Source: an alpha proteobacterium SCGC AAA536-G10
GTDB taxonomy: Bacteria; Pseudomonadota; Alphaproteobacteria; Puniceispirillales; Marisalimonadaceae
Direction: 5' to 3'
DNA length: 64,000 nt
NCBI GenBank assembly: GCA_905182395.1
Contig: CAJJBL010000022.1
Location: 281 to 64,280 of the forward strand
The notes beneath the pieces are model-generated. The model saw nothing but the letters and a program-made list of their open reading frames with translations. It was not told where the DNA came from and did no database searches. The translations under genes were made by a program, and so were the position numbers. Below, piece by piece: positions 10,766 to 20,252 of the stretch (position 1 is its first letter; each line of letters begins with the position of its first letter).

Positions 10766-11215
10766 ATGTTAAATGTATATCTATCAGGCGAGATACATAG
10801 TGATTGGAGAAATGAGATAATTAACCTATGTAAAAATGAGAACTTAGAAATTTCTTTTTCTTCTCCAATCACCAATCATGAAGCCTCAGACAATTGTGGA
10901 ATAGACATTCTAGGTCCTGAAGAAAATAATTTTTGGAAAGACAATAAAGGTGCAAAAATTAATTCTATAAAAACAAGAAAAGCAATTAAGGATTGTGACT
11001 TAGTGATTGTTAAATTTGGTGATAAATATAAACAATGGAATGCAGCCTTTGATGCCGGATTTGCTTCAGCTTTAAATAAATCAATAATTGTTATACATAA
11101 CGATGAGCATCAACATGCATTGAAAGAAGTTGATGCTGCAGCATCAGCCGTCGCTAAAGATCAAAACCAAGTTGTAAGAATATTAAAATATATTTTACAA
11201 GGTTCACTTAAATAA
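10766..11215 (+). CDS. YtoQ family protein (nucleoside 2-deoxyribosyltransferase-like fold)
   Basis: VYLSGEIHSDWRNEI ... FGDKYKQWNAAFDAG matches the YtoQ signature as I recall it from Bacillus YtoQ. Confidence 0.65.
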   Translation: MLNVYLSGEIHSDWRNEIINLCKNENLEISFSSPITNHEASDNCGIDILGPEENNFWKDNKGAKINSIKTRKAIKDCDLVIVKFGDKYKQWNAAFDAGFASALNKSIIVIHNDEHQHALKEVDAAASAVAKDQNQVVRILKYILQGSLK

Positions 11216-11277
11216 TAAAAACAAAGATTTGCAATAAATATTTTTAAATATGATTAGTAAAGGACACTAAACAGTAT

Positions 11278-11742
11278 ATGTTTCATATAATTTTATTTAA
11301 TCCAGAAATCCCTCCTAATACTGGAAACATTATAAGACTGGCTGCCAATACCGGAGCTACATTACACTTAATAAGACCTCTTGGATTTAAGTTAGATGAT
11401 AATTCTATGAAAAGGGCAGGATTAGATTATATAAAAAATGCGACAATACGTATTCATGATGACTTTGACTTATGTATAAAATCTATAAAATACAACAATA
11501 TTTATGCATTAACAAAATTTGCTACAAAAACTTATACTGATATAAAATTTTCTTCTAATGACTGTTTTTTATTTGGAAGTGAAACAAACGGTTTACCAGA
11601 AACAATTATTAGTAAAATTAAAAAAGAAAATCTTTTAAGAATACCAATGGTAACCGAAAGTAGAAGCTTAAATTTAAGTAACTCAGTTGCAATAACTATA
11701 TATGAAGCACTAAGACAAAACGCTTATAAAGACCTTATTTAA
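11278..11742 (+). CDS. trmL: tRNA (cytidine/uridine-34 2'-O)-methyltransferase TrmL (SpoU/TrmH family)
   Basis: 154 aa. ILFNPEIPPNTGNIIRLAANTGATLHLIRPLGF and C-terminal LNLSNSVAI knot motif. Confidence 0.85.
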   Translation: MFHIILFNPEIPPNTGNIIRLAANTGATLHLIRPLGFKLDDNSMKRAGLDYIKNATIRIHDDFDLCIKSIKYNNIYALTKFATKTYTDIKFSSNDCFLFGSETNGLPETIISKIKKENLLRIPMVTESRSLNLSNSVAITIYEALRQNAYKDLI

Positions 11743-11767
11743 TATTAATTTTGAAACAAAATTTACA

Positions 11768-12418
11768 ATGAATATTTTTGAATGGTTAACAATTTTTTCT
11801 ATTTGTCTAATTGGTGCAGCTACACCTGGTCCAAGTTTAATTATCATACTTTATATCACTAATACCAAAGGTTTATTAGCAGGTATAATTACGTCTATTG
11901 GCCATGGATTAGGAATTTTTATCTATGCTATTATTTCAATATTAAGCATTAGCTATTTAATAAAAATATCACCTGTCACTATTCAAATAATACAATTATT
12001 AGGAGCATTATTTCTAATTTTTATTGGTTATAAAATTATATTTTTGAAGAATATTGAAGAAAATAATTTTATTAAATATAAAACATCTAAATCATTAATA
12101 GAAAGTTTTTTAATAGGCTTTACCACATCTTTCATTAACCCTAAGGTAATTATATTCTTCTCAGCAATTTTTAGCCAATTCTTAAATCAAGATTATAGTG
12201 TTTATACAAAGTCAGGAATGGCGCTTTTAGCGGGGGGCATAGATACTATTTGGTATATTCTGGCTTCATTCTCAATAACAACCCCAGTTATTAAACATTA
12301 TATTATAGTTAAACAAAAAATTATTTTTATAATTTGCGGATATATTTTAGTATTTCTATCTTTTTGTCTTATGTATCAAACATTAAAAAAATTGTTTTTA
12401 TTTTTTTTTCTCAATTAA
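11768..12418 (+). CDS. LysE/RhtB family amino-acid exporter
   Basis: 216 aa, 6 TM helices, N-terminal GPS motif typical of LysE translocators. Confidence 0.75.
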   Translation: MNIFEWLTIFSICLIGAATPGPSLIIILYITNTKGLLAGIITSIGHGLGIFIYAIISILSISYLIKISPVTIQIIQLLGALFLIFIGYKIIFLKNIEENNFIKYKTSKSLIESFLIGFTTSFINPKVIIFFSAIFSQFLNQDYSVYTKSGMALLAGGIDTIWYILASFSITTPVIKHYIIVKQKIIFIICGYILVFLSFCLMYQTLKKLFLFFFLN

Positions 12419-13795
12419 GTTTTTATCTAAAAATCCATTTGTTTTAGACAACAAGTTATTACCTTGAAAATTAATATCTTCTATTTTAGTCCATCTAATC
12501 GTACTTAAAGAATCACATTTTGGGCAATGCAATTCCCATTTATTATTATTAATACCGCAGGATACACAAAAGTAATTAGCCCCATGCTTGGCGTTTGCAA
12601 CACTTTCAAGATAATTTTTTGTTTTTTCTATATCATTTTGTGAATTAGCTATATCTGACAGAGTTTTATATGCTTTTTTTGTTAATTCTGATTTAGGTAC
12701 TTCATCTAATAATTTATTCGCTTCACCCCATATTTCTTCACTTGCTGCATAAGATGCAATTTCAATTTTTAAATCATTATATATTTTAGATATTGATTTC
12801 TTGTTTAAGAGATCAATAGCTTTTGAAACCCTGGATCCTGAGGTTTTTATATTCCATTTTTTTGATAATTCTAATAAAATTTCAGGATGTGCTGTAATCA
12901 AGAATGCTTTTTCTAAATAATTAACAGCCTTAGTTTTTGACCCTATTCCAGTAATCATATTACATAATGTAATTGCTACTAAAATATGTCCTGGATTTTG
13001 TATAATAGCTTCTTTTAGAAAATTCATTGCAGCCTTTGAATCATTAACTTCAATTAAGTCTAATGCATTTAAATAATTTAAATCTGCAGCTATAAATTTA
13101 TATGTTTGAGTATCAAAATATTTTAAATTTTTTAGGGTTTTAAGATGTTTTAAAGAATTTTTTAAATCCTTTATTTTAGCGTAAGAATAAAATAAAACTT
13201 CTAGAATTTGTTTAGAATTGGGCTCAAACTTAAGAGCTTTTTCACCTTCACTTATAATTTTATTTATATCTGTTTGATCTATTATGGCTTGACGCATTAA
13301 AGCTAGATGGCCAACAAAGGCTGTGGTTGGCTCATCAGTTAAAATTTTAAAATAATTTTGAGAAATATCTTTTTTATTATCTGAACCAACATTAAGATTA
13401 TTCACAACTGTTAAATGATCTTTTAATAATTTACCAAGCTTTTTATCGTTAGTATTTTTAGAGATCAATGCAGCCTCTTTTGCTGCTAAAACAAATTCAC
13501 CATGACTAGCCAGCAAGAAAGCTTTAACTAATTTTTGCTCAACTTTTTCACTGTTTTTTGAATTTAATCTTCTAATTGCTAATTTAGGAATATTAAATAA
13601 TAAAATCCAAATTCTATCTATAAAAACTATTAGCCCAGCCATTATCAACAAGATAAAAATAAATATATCAGTTGAAAGTTCAACCCCCCAACCCATCCAG
13701 TTAATAGTCGTACTTCCTTCTGAACTGGAAATAAAATTTGAGACAAATCCAATAATAATTACAAATATAATTAATTTTAATATTCTAAACATCAC
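12398..13795 (-). CDS. HemY-like N-terminal-domain / TPR protein with C-terminal zinc ribbon
   Basis: Two N-terminal TM helices, TPR-like repeats, C-terminal CxxC...CxxC (CVSCG...CPKCD). Position downstream of hemC-hemD-hemX-like. Confidence 0.65.
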   Translation of the reverse strand: MMFRILKLIIFVIIIGFVSNFISSSEGSTTINWMGWGVELSTDIFIFILLIMAGLIVFIDRIWILLFNIPKLAIRRLNSKNSEKVEQKLVKAFLLASHGEFVLAAKEAALISKNTNDKKLGKLLKDHLTVVNNLNVGSDNKKDISQNYFKILTDEPTTAFVGHLALMRQAIIDQTDINKIISEGEKALKFEPNSKQILEVLFYSYAKIKDLKNSLKHLKTLKNLKYFDTQTYKFIAADLNYLNALDLIEVNDSKAAMNFLKEAIIQNPGHILVAITLCNMITGIGSKTKAVNYLEKAFLITAHPEILLELSKKWNIKTSGSRVSKAIDLLNKKSISKIYNDLKIEIASYAASEEIWGEANKLLDEVPKSELTKKAYKTLSDIANSQNDIEKTKNYLESVANAKHGANYFCVSCGINNNKWELHCPKCDSLSTIRWTKIEDINFQGNNLLSKTNGFLDKNLIEKKK

Positions 13796-13803
13796 TTATT
13801 CAA

Positions 13804-14688
13804 TCACTTAATATTTTTATTTAATAATTGATCAGCTCTTGAAATATATTCATTAATTGAGCTTTTCCAATTTTCAGGCAACTGCTTTAATAAAGTAATT
13901 ACATTTTTAATATTGCCATTTTTTAATTCTTTTTCTGCTTTTGTAATTAAAGAACGCGGGGAAGAACTTTCCCCAAACTCTCTTAGTTTTAGAACTCCAG
14001 CTAAATAGTTAGTTATTTTATTAAAATAATTAGTTCCTTCTTTTATAATCTCACTATGTGAAGTTAAACCTAAATCTTTTCTCTTTAATAACCTTTCTAT
14101 AATAATATTAGCTTCATTTATCAAAATTTTTTCAATTTCAATTTTATTGTGATTTGATTTAGAAGATTTAGTTAATTTTTCTTTGTCTTCTAATTTTGAT
14201 GTTGTCTCATAAAATCCATCTTTTTTTACAATAGAATTATCATGGCTTAATTGTTCCAGATTATTTTCTTTTTTATCCACTTTAGATAATTTATCTAATA
14301 TGGAATTAATTTTTTTTTGTAATAAAGTATTAACGTTATTCAAATTTTCTAAATCAGAAATAATTTTTTTATTATTGTCTTTTTGAAGATCTATATTTTT
14401 TATATCATCGCTTAAACTAATAAAATCTTGTTTAATTTTATCGAATTCCTTATCCAAAGATTTGTTTGTATTTTCAAAATTATCTAATAGATCATAGAAT
14501 TTAGAATATTCTGAATTTATCTGCTTAGGCATATAAAAATTAGTTATCCAATAAAAAAATAAAATTGAAATAATTACTATAGAAAAACTTAAAAAAAATG
14601 ATCCATAAGTTAATAATCTGAATTTTTTTTCATTGTTAACAGGGCCCATCTCTATAACAGTCTCTTTATCGCTTTTAGAAGTGACCAT
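13804..14688 (-). CDS. HemX-like / candidate alphaproteobacterial Mic60 (mitofilin) homologue
   Basis: 294 aa: one N-terminal TM helix, a long Lys/Asp/Asn-rich coiled-coil and a conserved-looking C-terminal domain. Sits between hemD and the hemY-like gene. Confidence 0.5.
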   Translation of the reverse strand: MVTSKSDKETVIEMGPVNNEKKFRLLTYGSFFLSFSIVIISILFFYWITNFYMPKQINSEYSKFYDLLDNFENTNKSLDKEFDKIKQDFISLSDDIKNIDLQKDNNKKIISDLENLNNVNTLLQKKINSILDKLSKVDKKENNLEQLSHDNSIVKKDGFYETTSKLEDKEKLTKSSKSNHNKIEIEKILINEANIIIERLLKRKDLGLTSHSEIIKEGTNYFNKITNYLAGVLKLREFGESSSPRSLITKAEKELKNGNIKNVITLLKQLPENWKSSINEYISRADQLLNKNIK

Positions 14689-14702
14689 ATTAACTTTCCT
14701 AA

Positions 14703-15449
14703 TTATTTAGTTATCTCTACTATATGGTTTAAGATATCTTTAGTAAAATTTTTCTTAATAACTTCTATACGATTCCAACCTAACGTTTTTGCTTTTTTAG
14801 CAACATTATCACTATTTACAAACACAATTGATTTACTATTAATTTTTTTAAACAAATCATATTTCTTTAAAAGATTCTTTGTAATTAATAAATTTCTTGA
14901 TGAAAGTATAACAAGATTACAATAAACTGCATGAATTAAACTATCTATAGTATCTTTATCTATTACCTCAATTGGAAACATCTTATATGCTTCATAAATT
15001 TCAAGTTTTCTATTATTTATTCTAAGAGCTTCCTGTAAATTAAAACTTCTATCTTTGGCCGCAACCCACAACCCTTGCTCATGAGGCAATGTATTATTTA
15101 CAATTAATTGCATAAGAGACTGTGAATTTCCATCTGCTTGGAAAATATTTTTGTAAAGTGTCTTCTCTAATTTTTCCTTTGTTTCCAACCCTACAGTAAA
15201 AAATTTAATTGTATTTGAAAGATTATGTTGATTGTTTTTTATAAAATTAGTTAATGGATTTATTGCTTTAGGACTAGTTAAGACAAAATAATCAAATTTA
15301 ACTTCGAAGGCATTTGGTTCGTAATAAACCAAACTTACTATAGGTAGAGGTTCAACTAAAATACCTTTTTCTTTTAAGTATTCTGAGTTTAAAAAAGCAT
15401 CTTCTTTTTCACGAAGCACAAATGTTATTGTATTGGACTTATTAGACAA
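14703..15449 (-). CDS. hemD: uroporphyrinogen-III synthase
   Basis: 248 aa, directly downstream of hemC. Weak HemD-like pattern (VLREK..., YFVLTSPKAI); the call rests mainly on synteny. Confidence 0.65.
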   Translation of the reverse strand: MSNKSNTITFVLREKEDAFLNSEYLKEKGILVEPLPIVSLVYYEPNAFEVKFDYFVLTSPKAINPLTNFIKNNQHNLSNTIKFFTVGLETKEKLEKTLYKNIFQADGNSQSLMQLIVNNTLPHEQGLWVAAKDRSFNLQEALRINNRKLEIYEAYKMFPIEVIDKDTIDSLIHAVYCNLVILSSRNLLITKNLLKKYDLFKKINSKSIVFVNSDNVAKKAKTLGWNRIEVIKKNFTKDILNHIVEITK

Positions 15450-15473
15450 AAAAACTCCTAATATTATATAATT

Positions 15474-16388
15474 TTATTGCGCCAATAAATTTTTTCCACC
15501 TTTTGAAACTATTTCTTTTCCTAATTCTTTACCAAGCAAAAAAGCATCTTCCATTAAACCAGATATGCTAGACTTTATAACAACTGTTCCATCTAACTTT
15601 GCTATTGCACCATCTAAGATTAAATTATTATTTTCAGTTACATAGGCGCTTGCAGAAATTGGTGTGCGACAAGAACCATCTAAAAACCCTAGAAAACTTC
15701 TTTCTGCTAAAGTTTCATAATATGTCTTTTTATCATTAATTTCAGCAAGCAAATTATTAATATTTAATTCTAAACTTGTATTTTTAAAATTAGTTGATTG
15801 AATTGCTATTACACCTTGTGAAGATGCAGGTGGTATTATTTCTTTTGGAATGACATGCCCTATATTAATATTTAATCTATCTAGGCCAGCTTTAGCTAAA
15901 ATAATTCCATCAAACTCTCCATTATTTAACTTTGCTATTCTCGTTCCTACATTCCCTCTCAAAAGTTTAATTATCAAATCTGGTCTATATGACTTAGCAA
16001 AAGCAGCTCTTCTAACTGAACTGGTCCCGATAACGGCTCCTTTTGGAAGGTCATCAAATGAACTGTAACCACTTATTAATAGATCACTTCTATCCCCTCT
16101 AGGCAAAACTGCAGAAATAATAGTATTCTGTGCAATTTCTGTTTCCATATCTTTCATGGAGTGAACAGCAATATCTGCTTTATCATTTAAAATAACATTT
16201 TCTAACTCTTTGATAAATAATCCTTTCCCACCAATATCGGCAAGAGATTTTTCTAGAGTTTTATCACCAGAAGTAACTATATCTAATATAGTCGCCTCAA
16301 CATTTTTACCAAGAGCATCTGTTACCAAATCAACTTGTCGAAGTGCTAATTGAGATTTACGTGTAGCTATTTTTATTTTTAATATCAT
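15474..16388 (-). CDS. hemC: porphobilinogen deaminase (hydroxymethylbilane synthase)
   Basis: IATRKSQLALRQ, HSMKDM, GTSSVRR, LRGNVGTR and GSCRTPI motifs. Confidence 0.92.
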   Translation of the reverse strand: MILKIKIATRKSQLALRQVDLVTDALGKNVEATILDIVTSGDKTLEKSLADIGGKGLFIKELENVILNDKADIAVHSMKDMETEIAQNTIISAVLPRGDRSDLLISGYSSFDDLPKGAVIGTSSVRRAAFAKSYRPDLIIKLLRGNVGTRIAKLNNGEFDGIILAKAGLDRLNINIGHVIPKEIIPPASSQGVIAIQSTNFKNTSLELNINNLLAEINDKKTYYETLAERSFLGFLDGSCRTPISASAYVTENNNLILDGAIAKLDGTVVIKSSISGLMEDAFLLGKELGKEIVSKGGKNLLAQ

Positions 16389-16558
16389 TTAAAATTCATT
16401 CATTTTTTATTAAATCAAAGATTTAACAAAGTTAGTTTTAATTAACATTTTAATACTAAATTTAGAAAATCTATTAACCTACAATACTAATTTATATTTG
16501 CTTTACTAGACTTTAACTCTATTTTAGGCTTAAAAAATGGTTAACTTAGGATAAAATC

Positions 16559-17653
16559 ATGCAAAATACTAATCAAAAAATTATTATGGGCATAGAAACA
16601 AGTTGTGACGATACAGCAGTATCTATAATTAGCTCAAATAAAGAAATTTTGTCCAATGTAATTATTAACCAAAACTCTGATTTAGCTAAATATGGAGGGG
16701 TAGTTCCTGAGGTGGCAGCAAGAGCTCATCTTGCACATATAGAAAATGCAGTTAAAGAATCATTAAAAATATCTCAATTAAAAATAAATAACATGGATAT
16801 AATTGCTGCTACTGGAGGACCAGGGTTAATTGGCGGAGTGATTGTAGGCACTGTATTTGGAAAATCATTAGCCATGTCATTAAATGTCCCTTATGTCGCA
16901 GTTAATCATCTTGAAGGACATGCCTTAACAGCTAGATTAACAAACAATATCAAATACCCTTATTTGCTTCTTCTTGTTTCTGGAGGTCACACACAAATCA
17001 TTGCAGTGTTAAAATATGGAAAATATATAAGATTGAGCACAACATTAGATGATGCTGCAGGAGAAACTTTCGACAAAGCTGCTAAAATTCTTGGTATTGG
17101 ATTTCCTGGAGGACCTCAAATAGAAAAAACCGCCCTTAATGGAGATCCAAATAGTTTTAAACTACCAAAACCAATGTATAAATCCAAAAACCCTAATTTT
17201 TCTTTTTCTGGATTAAAGACAGCATTTTCTCAAACTGTTTCAAAGAACAAATTAACAGAAACTTCAATCCAGAATCTTTCTGCTAGTATACAAAAAACTA
17301 TATCCGAATGTTTAGTTGATCGAACAAGAATATCCCTAAAAAGTTTTAAAGAAATAATTGGTCCTGATTTACAAACTCAATTAGTTGTTGCTGGAGGTGT
17401 TGCATCTAATACATTTATACGTCAAGCATTAGAAAAACTTGCCATTGAAAATGATGCTGTTTTTATTGCCCCTCCAATAAATTTGTGCACTGATAATGGT
17501 GCAATGATTGCCTGGGCTGGTTATGAAAAATATAATTTTGAAGGGGAAACTGATTTAAATTTTAAACCAAGGCCCAGATGGCCATTAGATCCTGATGCCC
17601 ATATTAGTAACCCAATAATAAAAAATGTTGGGAAAAAAGGAGTTAAAGCTTAA
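16559..17653 (+). CDS. tsaD: tRNA N6-adenosine threonylcarbamoyltransferase TsaD
   Basis: GIETSCDDTAVS, VPEVAARAH, NHLEGH, LLVSGGHT and GGVASN motifs. Confidence 0.92.
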   Translation: MQNTNQKIIMGIETSCDDTAVSIISSNKEILSNVIINQNSDLAKYGGVVPEVAARAHLAHIENAVKESLKISQLKINNMDIIAATGGPGLIGGVIVGTVFGKSLAMSLNVPYVAVNHLEGHALTARLTNNIKYPYLLLLVSGGHTQIIAVLKYGKYIRLSTTLDDAAGETFDKAAKILGIGFPGGPQIEKTALNGDPNSFKLPKPMYKSKNPNFSFSGLKTAFSQTVSKNKLTETSIQNLSASIQKTISECLVDRTRISLKSFKEIIGPDLQTQLVVAGGVASNTFIRQALEKLAIENDAVFIAPPINLCTDNGAMIAWAGYEKYNFEGETDLNFKPRPRWPLDPDAHISNPIIKNVGKKGVKA

Positions 17654-18637
17654 ATGTCTAAATATTCAAATATATGTTTTTATGGTGGAGGAGCTTGGGG
17701 ACAAGCTCTGTCAATTACCCTAGCTTCACTTGGGCACAAATCAAAGTTAATAGTTTCTGATCAAACAAGAGCAAATGAAATTAATTCTGGAATATCAAGA
17801 AGATTTTCTCAAATAAAGCTAAGTCCTTTGATCACATCATCTGTTAACGCTAAAGAAGTAATCAAGGAAAGTAATTTAGTTTTTATTACTACCGAAAGCA
17901 AAAGAGTAATGAGTGTGATTGAGCAAATAAATTTATTAAATAATAATGAAATTAATATAGTCATAACTTCTAAAGGTTTTGCAAATAAGCATGGAGAAAC
18001 TTTTAATGAAATTATTCAAAATCAATTTCCTACTTTAACAACAGGAATTTTAACAGGGCCAACATTTGCAGATGAAATTGCTAACAATTTTCCTGCCGCT
18101 GCCATTTTAGCTAGTAATCATATAAATTTTGCAAACTCTATATGTAACTTATTTAAAAATTCTTGCCTTAGACTTTACCAAAGTAATGATCCTTTAGGAG
18201 CTTCAATAGCAGGAGCAGTAAAAAATATAATTGCAATTGGTGCAGGTATTATTGAAGGATTAAATCTAGGAGACAATGCCAAAGCAGCTTTAATAACCAG
18301 AGGCATTTCTGAAACATCTAGATTAATAAAATCATCAGGTGGTAATTATGAAACAGCATTTGGTCTTGCAGGCATTGGAGACATGTCTCTAACATGCAGT
18401 GGACCGCATTCTAGAAACATGGCGTATGGTATGCATTTAGTTACAAAAACAAATAAAAATAAGACCTTAGATCTTGTAGAAGGAGTAAATGCTGTAGAAG
18501 CGACTTTAGTATTAGCTAAAAAATTTAATATTGAACTCCCAATTGTAAATGCAATTAATGAAATTTTAAATAAAGAAGGTAATATTAAAGAAATAATACA
18601 TAAACTTTTATCTAGACCTATCAAAAATGAATTCTAA
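17654..18637 (+). CDS. gpsA: NAD(P)H-dependent glycerol-3-phosphate dehydrogenase
   Basis: GGGAWGQAL, KGF, LTGPTFADE, NIIAIGAG, GDMSLTC and SRN motifs. ATG immediately follows the tsaD stop. Confidence 0.9.
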   Translation: MSKYSNICFYGGGAWGQALSITLASLGHKSKLIVSDQTRANEINSGISRRFSQIKLSPLITSSVNAKEVIKESNLVFITTESKRVMSVIEQINLLNNNEINIVITSKGFANKHGETFNEIIQNQFPTLTTGILTGPTFADEIANNFPAAAILASNHINFANSICNLFKNSCLRLYQSNDPLGASIAGAVKNIIAIGAGIIEGLNLGDNAKAALITRGISETSRLIKSSGGNYETAFGLAGIGDMSLTCSGPHSRNMAYGMHLVTKTNKNKTLDLVEGVNAVEATLVLAKKFNIELPIVNAINEILNKEGNIKEIIHKLLSRPIKNEF

Positions 18638-18655
18638 ATTTGGAGTATGAAGAAT

Positions 18656-19074
18656 ATGAGTTTTTGGTTATTTAAATCTGAACCCGAAAAATGGTCATAG
18701 GATGATCAATTAAGAAAAGGTTTATTTGGAGAGTCTTGGGATGGAGTAAGAAACTTTCAAGCCTCAAATAATATGAAATCTATAAAAATTGATGATATAG
18801 GTTTTTTTATCATTTCTCTAAGGAAAAGAAAATTGTTGGAATAGTAAAAGTTATAAAAGAATATTATCCAGATTATACAGACAAAACTAGAAGATTTGGA
18901 ATGGTTGATATAGTGGCAATAAAAGCAACTTTTAATCAAGTAAGTTTAAAAGATATTAAACAAAAAGAAGATTTAAAAGATATACGCCTAATTAAACAAG
19001 GAAAGTTATCTGTCTTATCAATTTCAGATAATGAATGGGAAATAATTCTTAAAATGAGTGAAACAAATATTTAA
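18656..19074 (+). pseudogene. EVE-domain (PUA-like) protein gene, disrupted
   Basis: Translation MSFWLFKSEPEKWS*DDQL...GVRNFQASNNM...DDIGFF then, in the +1 frame, YHFSKEKKIVGIVKVIKEYYPD...KLSVLSISDNEWEII. There is an in-frame TAG at 18698-18700 where EVE proteins have Trp, plus a 1-nt frameshift in the T7 run at 18802-18808. Confidence 0.7.
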
Positions 19075-19089
19075 ATTTTATTCAATTAT

Positions 19090-19461
19090 TCATTTCTCCT
19101 TTTTCTCTTTATGTATAAAGTATAAATTTCTTAAATATATTAATACACCTACAGATTGCCCAGCAATAATAACTGGATCTTGCCTCCATATAGCATATGT
19201 CAACAAGACTAGTCCTCCAGAAATAGAAAAATACCAAAATGCAACAGGTATTACTGAACGACCTGCATTTTCACTACTTAACCATTGAATAATAAAACGA
19301 GTTGCAAATAAAGCCTGCCCACCAAAACCAATAATTATCATGATTTTTTCAGGATGATTATCTAGATAATAACCTAGAAATGGAAACAGAGCCGTTATCA
19401 TTGAGCTAAATAAAACTGCAAATGCTTCAATTTTCAAAGAAAGGTATTCTATCAAATTCAT
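19090..19461 (-). CDS. lipid-A-disaccharide synthase N-terminal (LAB_N) domain membrane protein
   Basis: 123 aa, 3-4 TM helices. GGQALFATRFIIQWLSSE...PVAFWYFSISGG matches the LAB_N signature. Start overlaps the stop of the upstream GT2 gene. Confidence 0.6.
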   Translation of the reverse strand: MNLIEYLSLKIEAFAVLFSSMITALFPFLGYYLDNHPEKIMIIIGFGGQALFATRFIIQWLSSENAGRSVIPVAFWYFSISGGLVLLTYAIWRQDPVIIAGQSVGVLIYLRNLYFIHKEKKEK

Positions 19462-20204
19462 TAATTTTCCTTATTATTACTTATCTCTTGGGAGGTTAAA
19501 TCTTTTGGCATTCTTTTTATTAACCACATAACTCCTAAAATATCAGAAATACCAACTAACAATCTTCCAAAATTAGTATACTTTGAAATCCCTTTTGTTC
19601 TTTCTCTATGATTTACATTGTATTCTAATACCTTCGCACCTTCTCTCAAAGCTAAAGCAGACAAGAATCTATGCATATGATCAAAATAAGGAAGTCTAAT
19701 ATATAAATTTTTGTGAAAAACTTTAATACCACAACCTGAATCAGAATGATTGTCTCTAAGGAGTGACTGCCTACAAAGTCTTGCGAAAGCTGATGCCCAC
19801 AAACGTGATTTGCTATCTTTTCTATTAACTCTAACTCCTCCAATCAATGTTAATTGATTTTTTTGACCCTTTATTAATGCAATCATTTCAGTTAAATCAG
19901 CTGGGTCATTTTGACCATCTCCGTCCAAGGTTGCAATTATATTTGAGTTAGAAAAGCTCACTCCTGTTCTCAGTGCAGCCGATTGTCCTTTACTAGATTT
20001 ATGATTAATAACTCTTAATCTTTTATTAATCTTTAAAATTTCTTTTAAATCTTCTAGTGTGGAATCATTCGATCCATCATTTACATATACTATTTCATAA
20101 TTTAATGCTTCTAATGCATGATCAATTTCTTGGATTAAATTTGCTATATTTCCAGATTCATTTTTTACTGGAACAACAACCGTAATATCTTTATTTAATG
20201 CCAT
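19461..20204 (-). CDS. family 2 glycosyltransferase, polyprenyl-phosphate sugar transferase (ArnC/DPM1-like)
   Basis: VVVPVKNE, YVNDGSNDST and LDGDGQNDP (DxD) motifs. Confidence 0.8.
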   Translation of the reverse strand: MALNKDITVVVPVKNESGNIANLIQEIDHALEALNYEIVYVNDGSNDSTLEDLKEILKINKRLRVINHKSSKGQSAALRTGVSFSNSNIIATLDGDGQNDPADLTEMIALIKGQKNQLTLIGGVRVNRKDSKSRLWASAFARLCRQSLLRDNHSDSGCGIKVFHKNLYIRLPYFDHMHRFLSALALREGAKVLEYNVNHRERTKGISKYTNFGRLLVGISDILGVMWLIKRMPKDLTSQEISNNKEN

Positions 20205-20252
20205 CGTTTTTCATTTATTTCAAAAATTAATTTTAACAAATTAATAGCTTTA

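Noticed and set aside
18757-19288. ORFs 18757-18939 (minus) and 19058-19288 (plus).
   Set aside because: The first is antisense to the EVE-domain pseudogene. The second is antisense to the LAB_N membrane-protein gene. Neither has a coding-like sequence.
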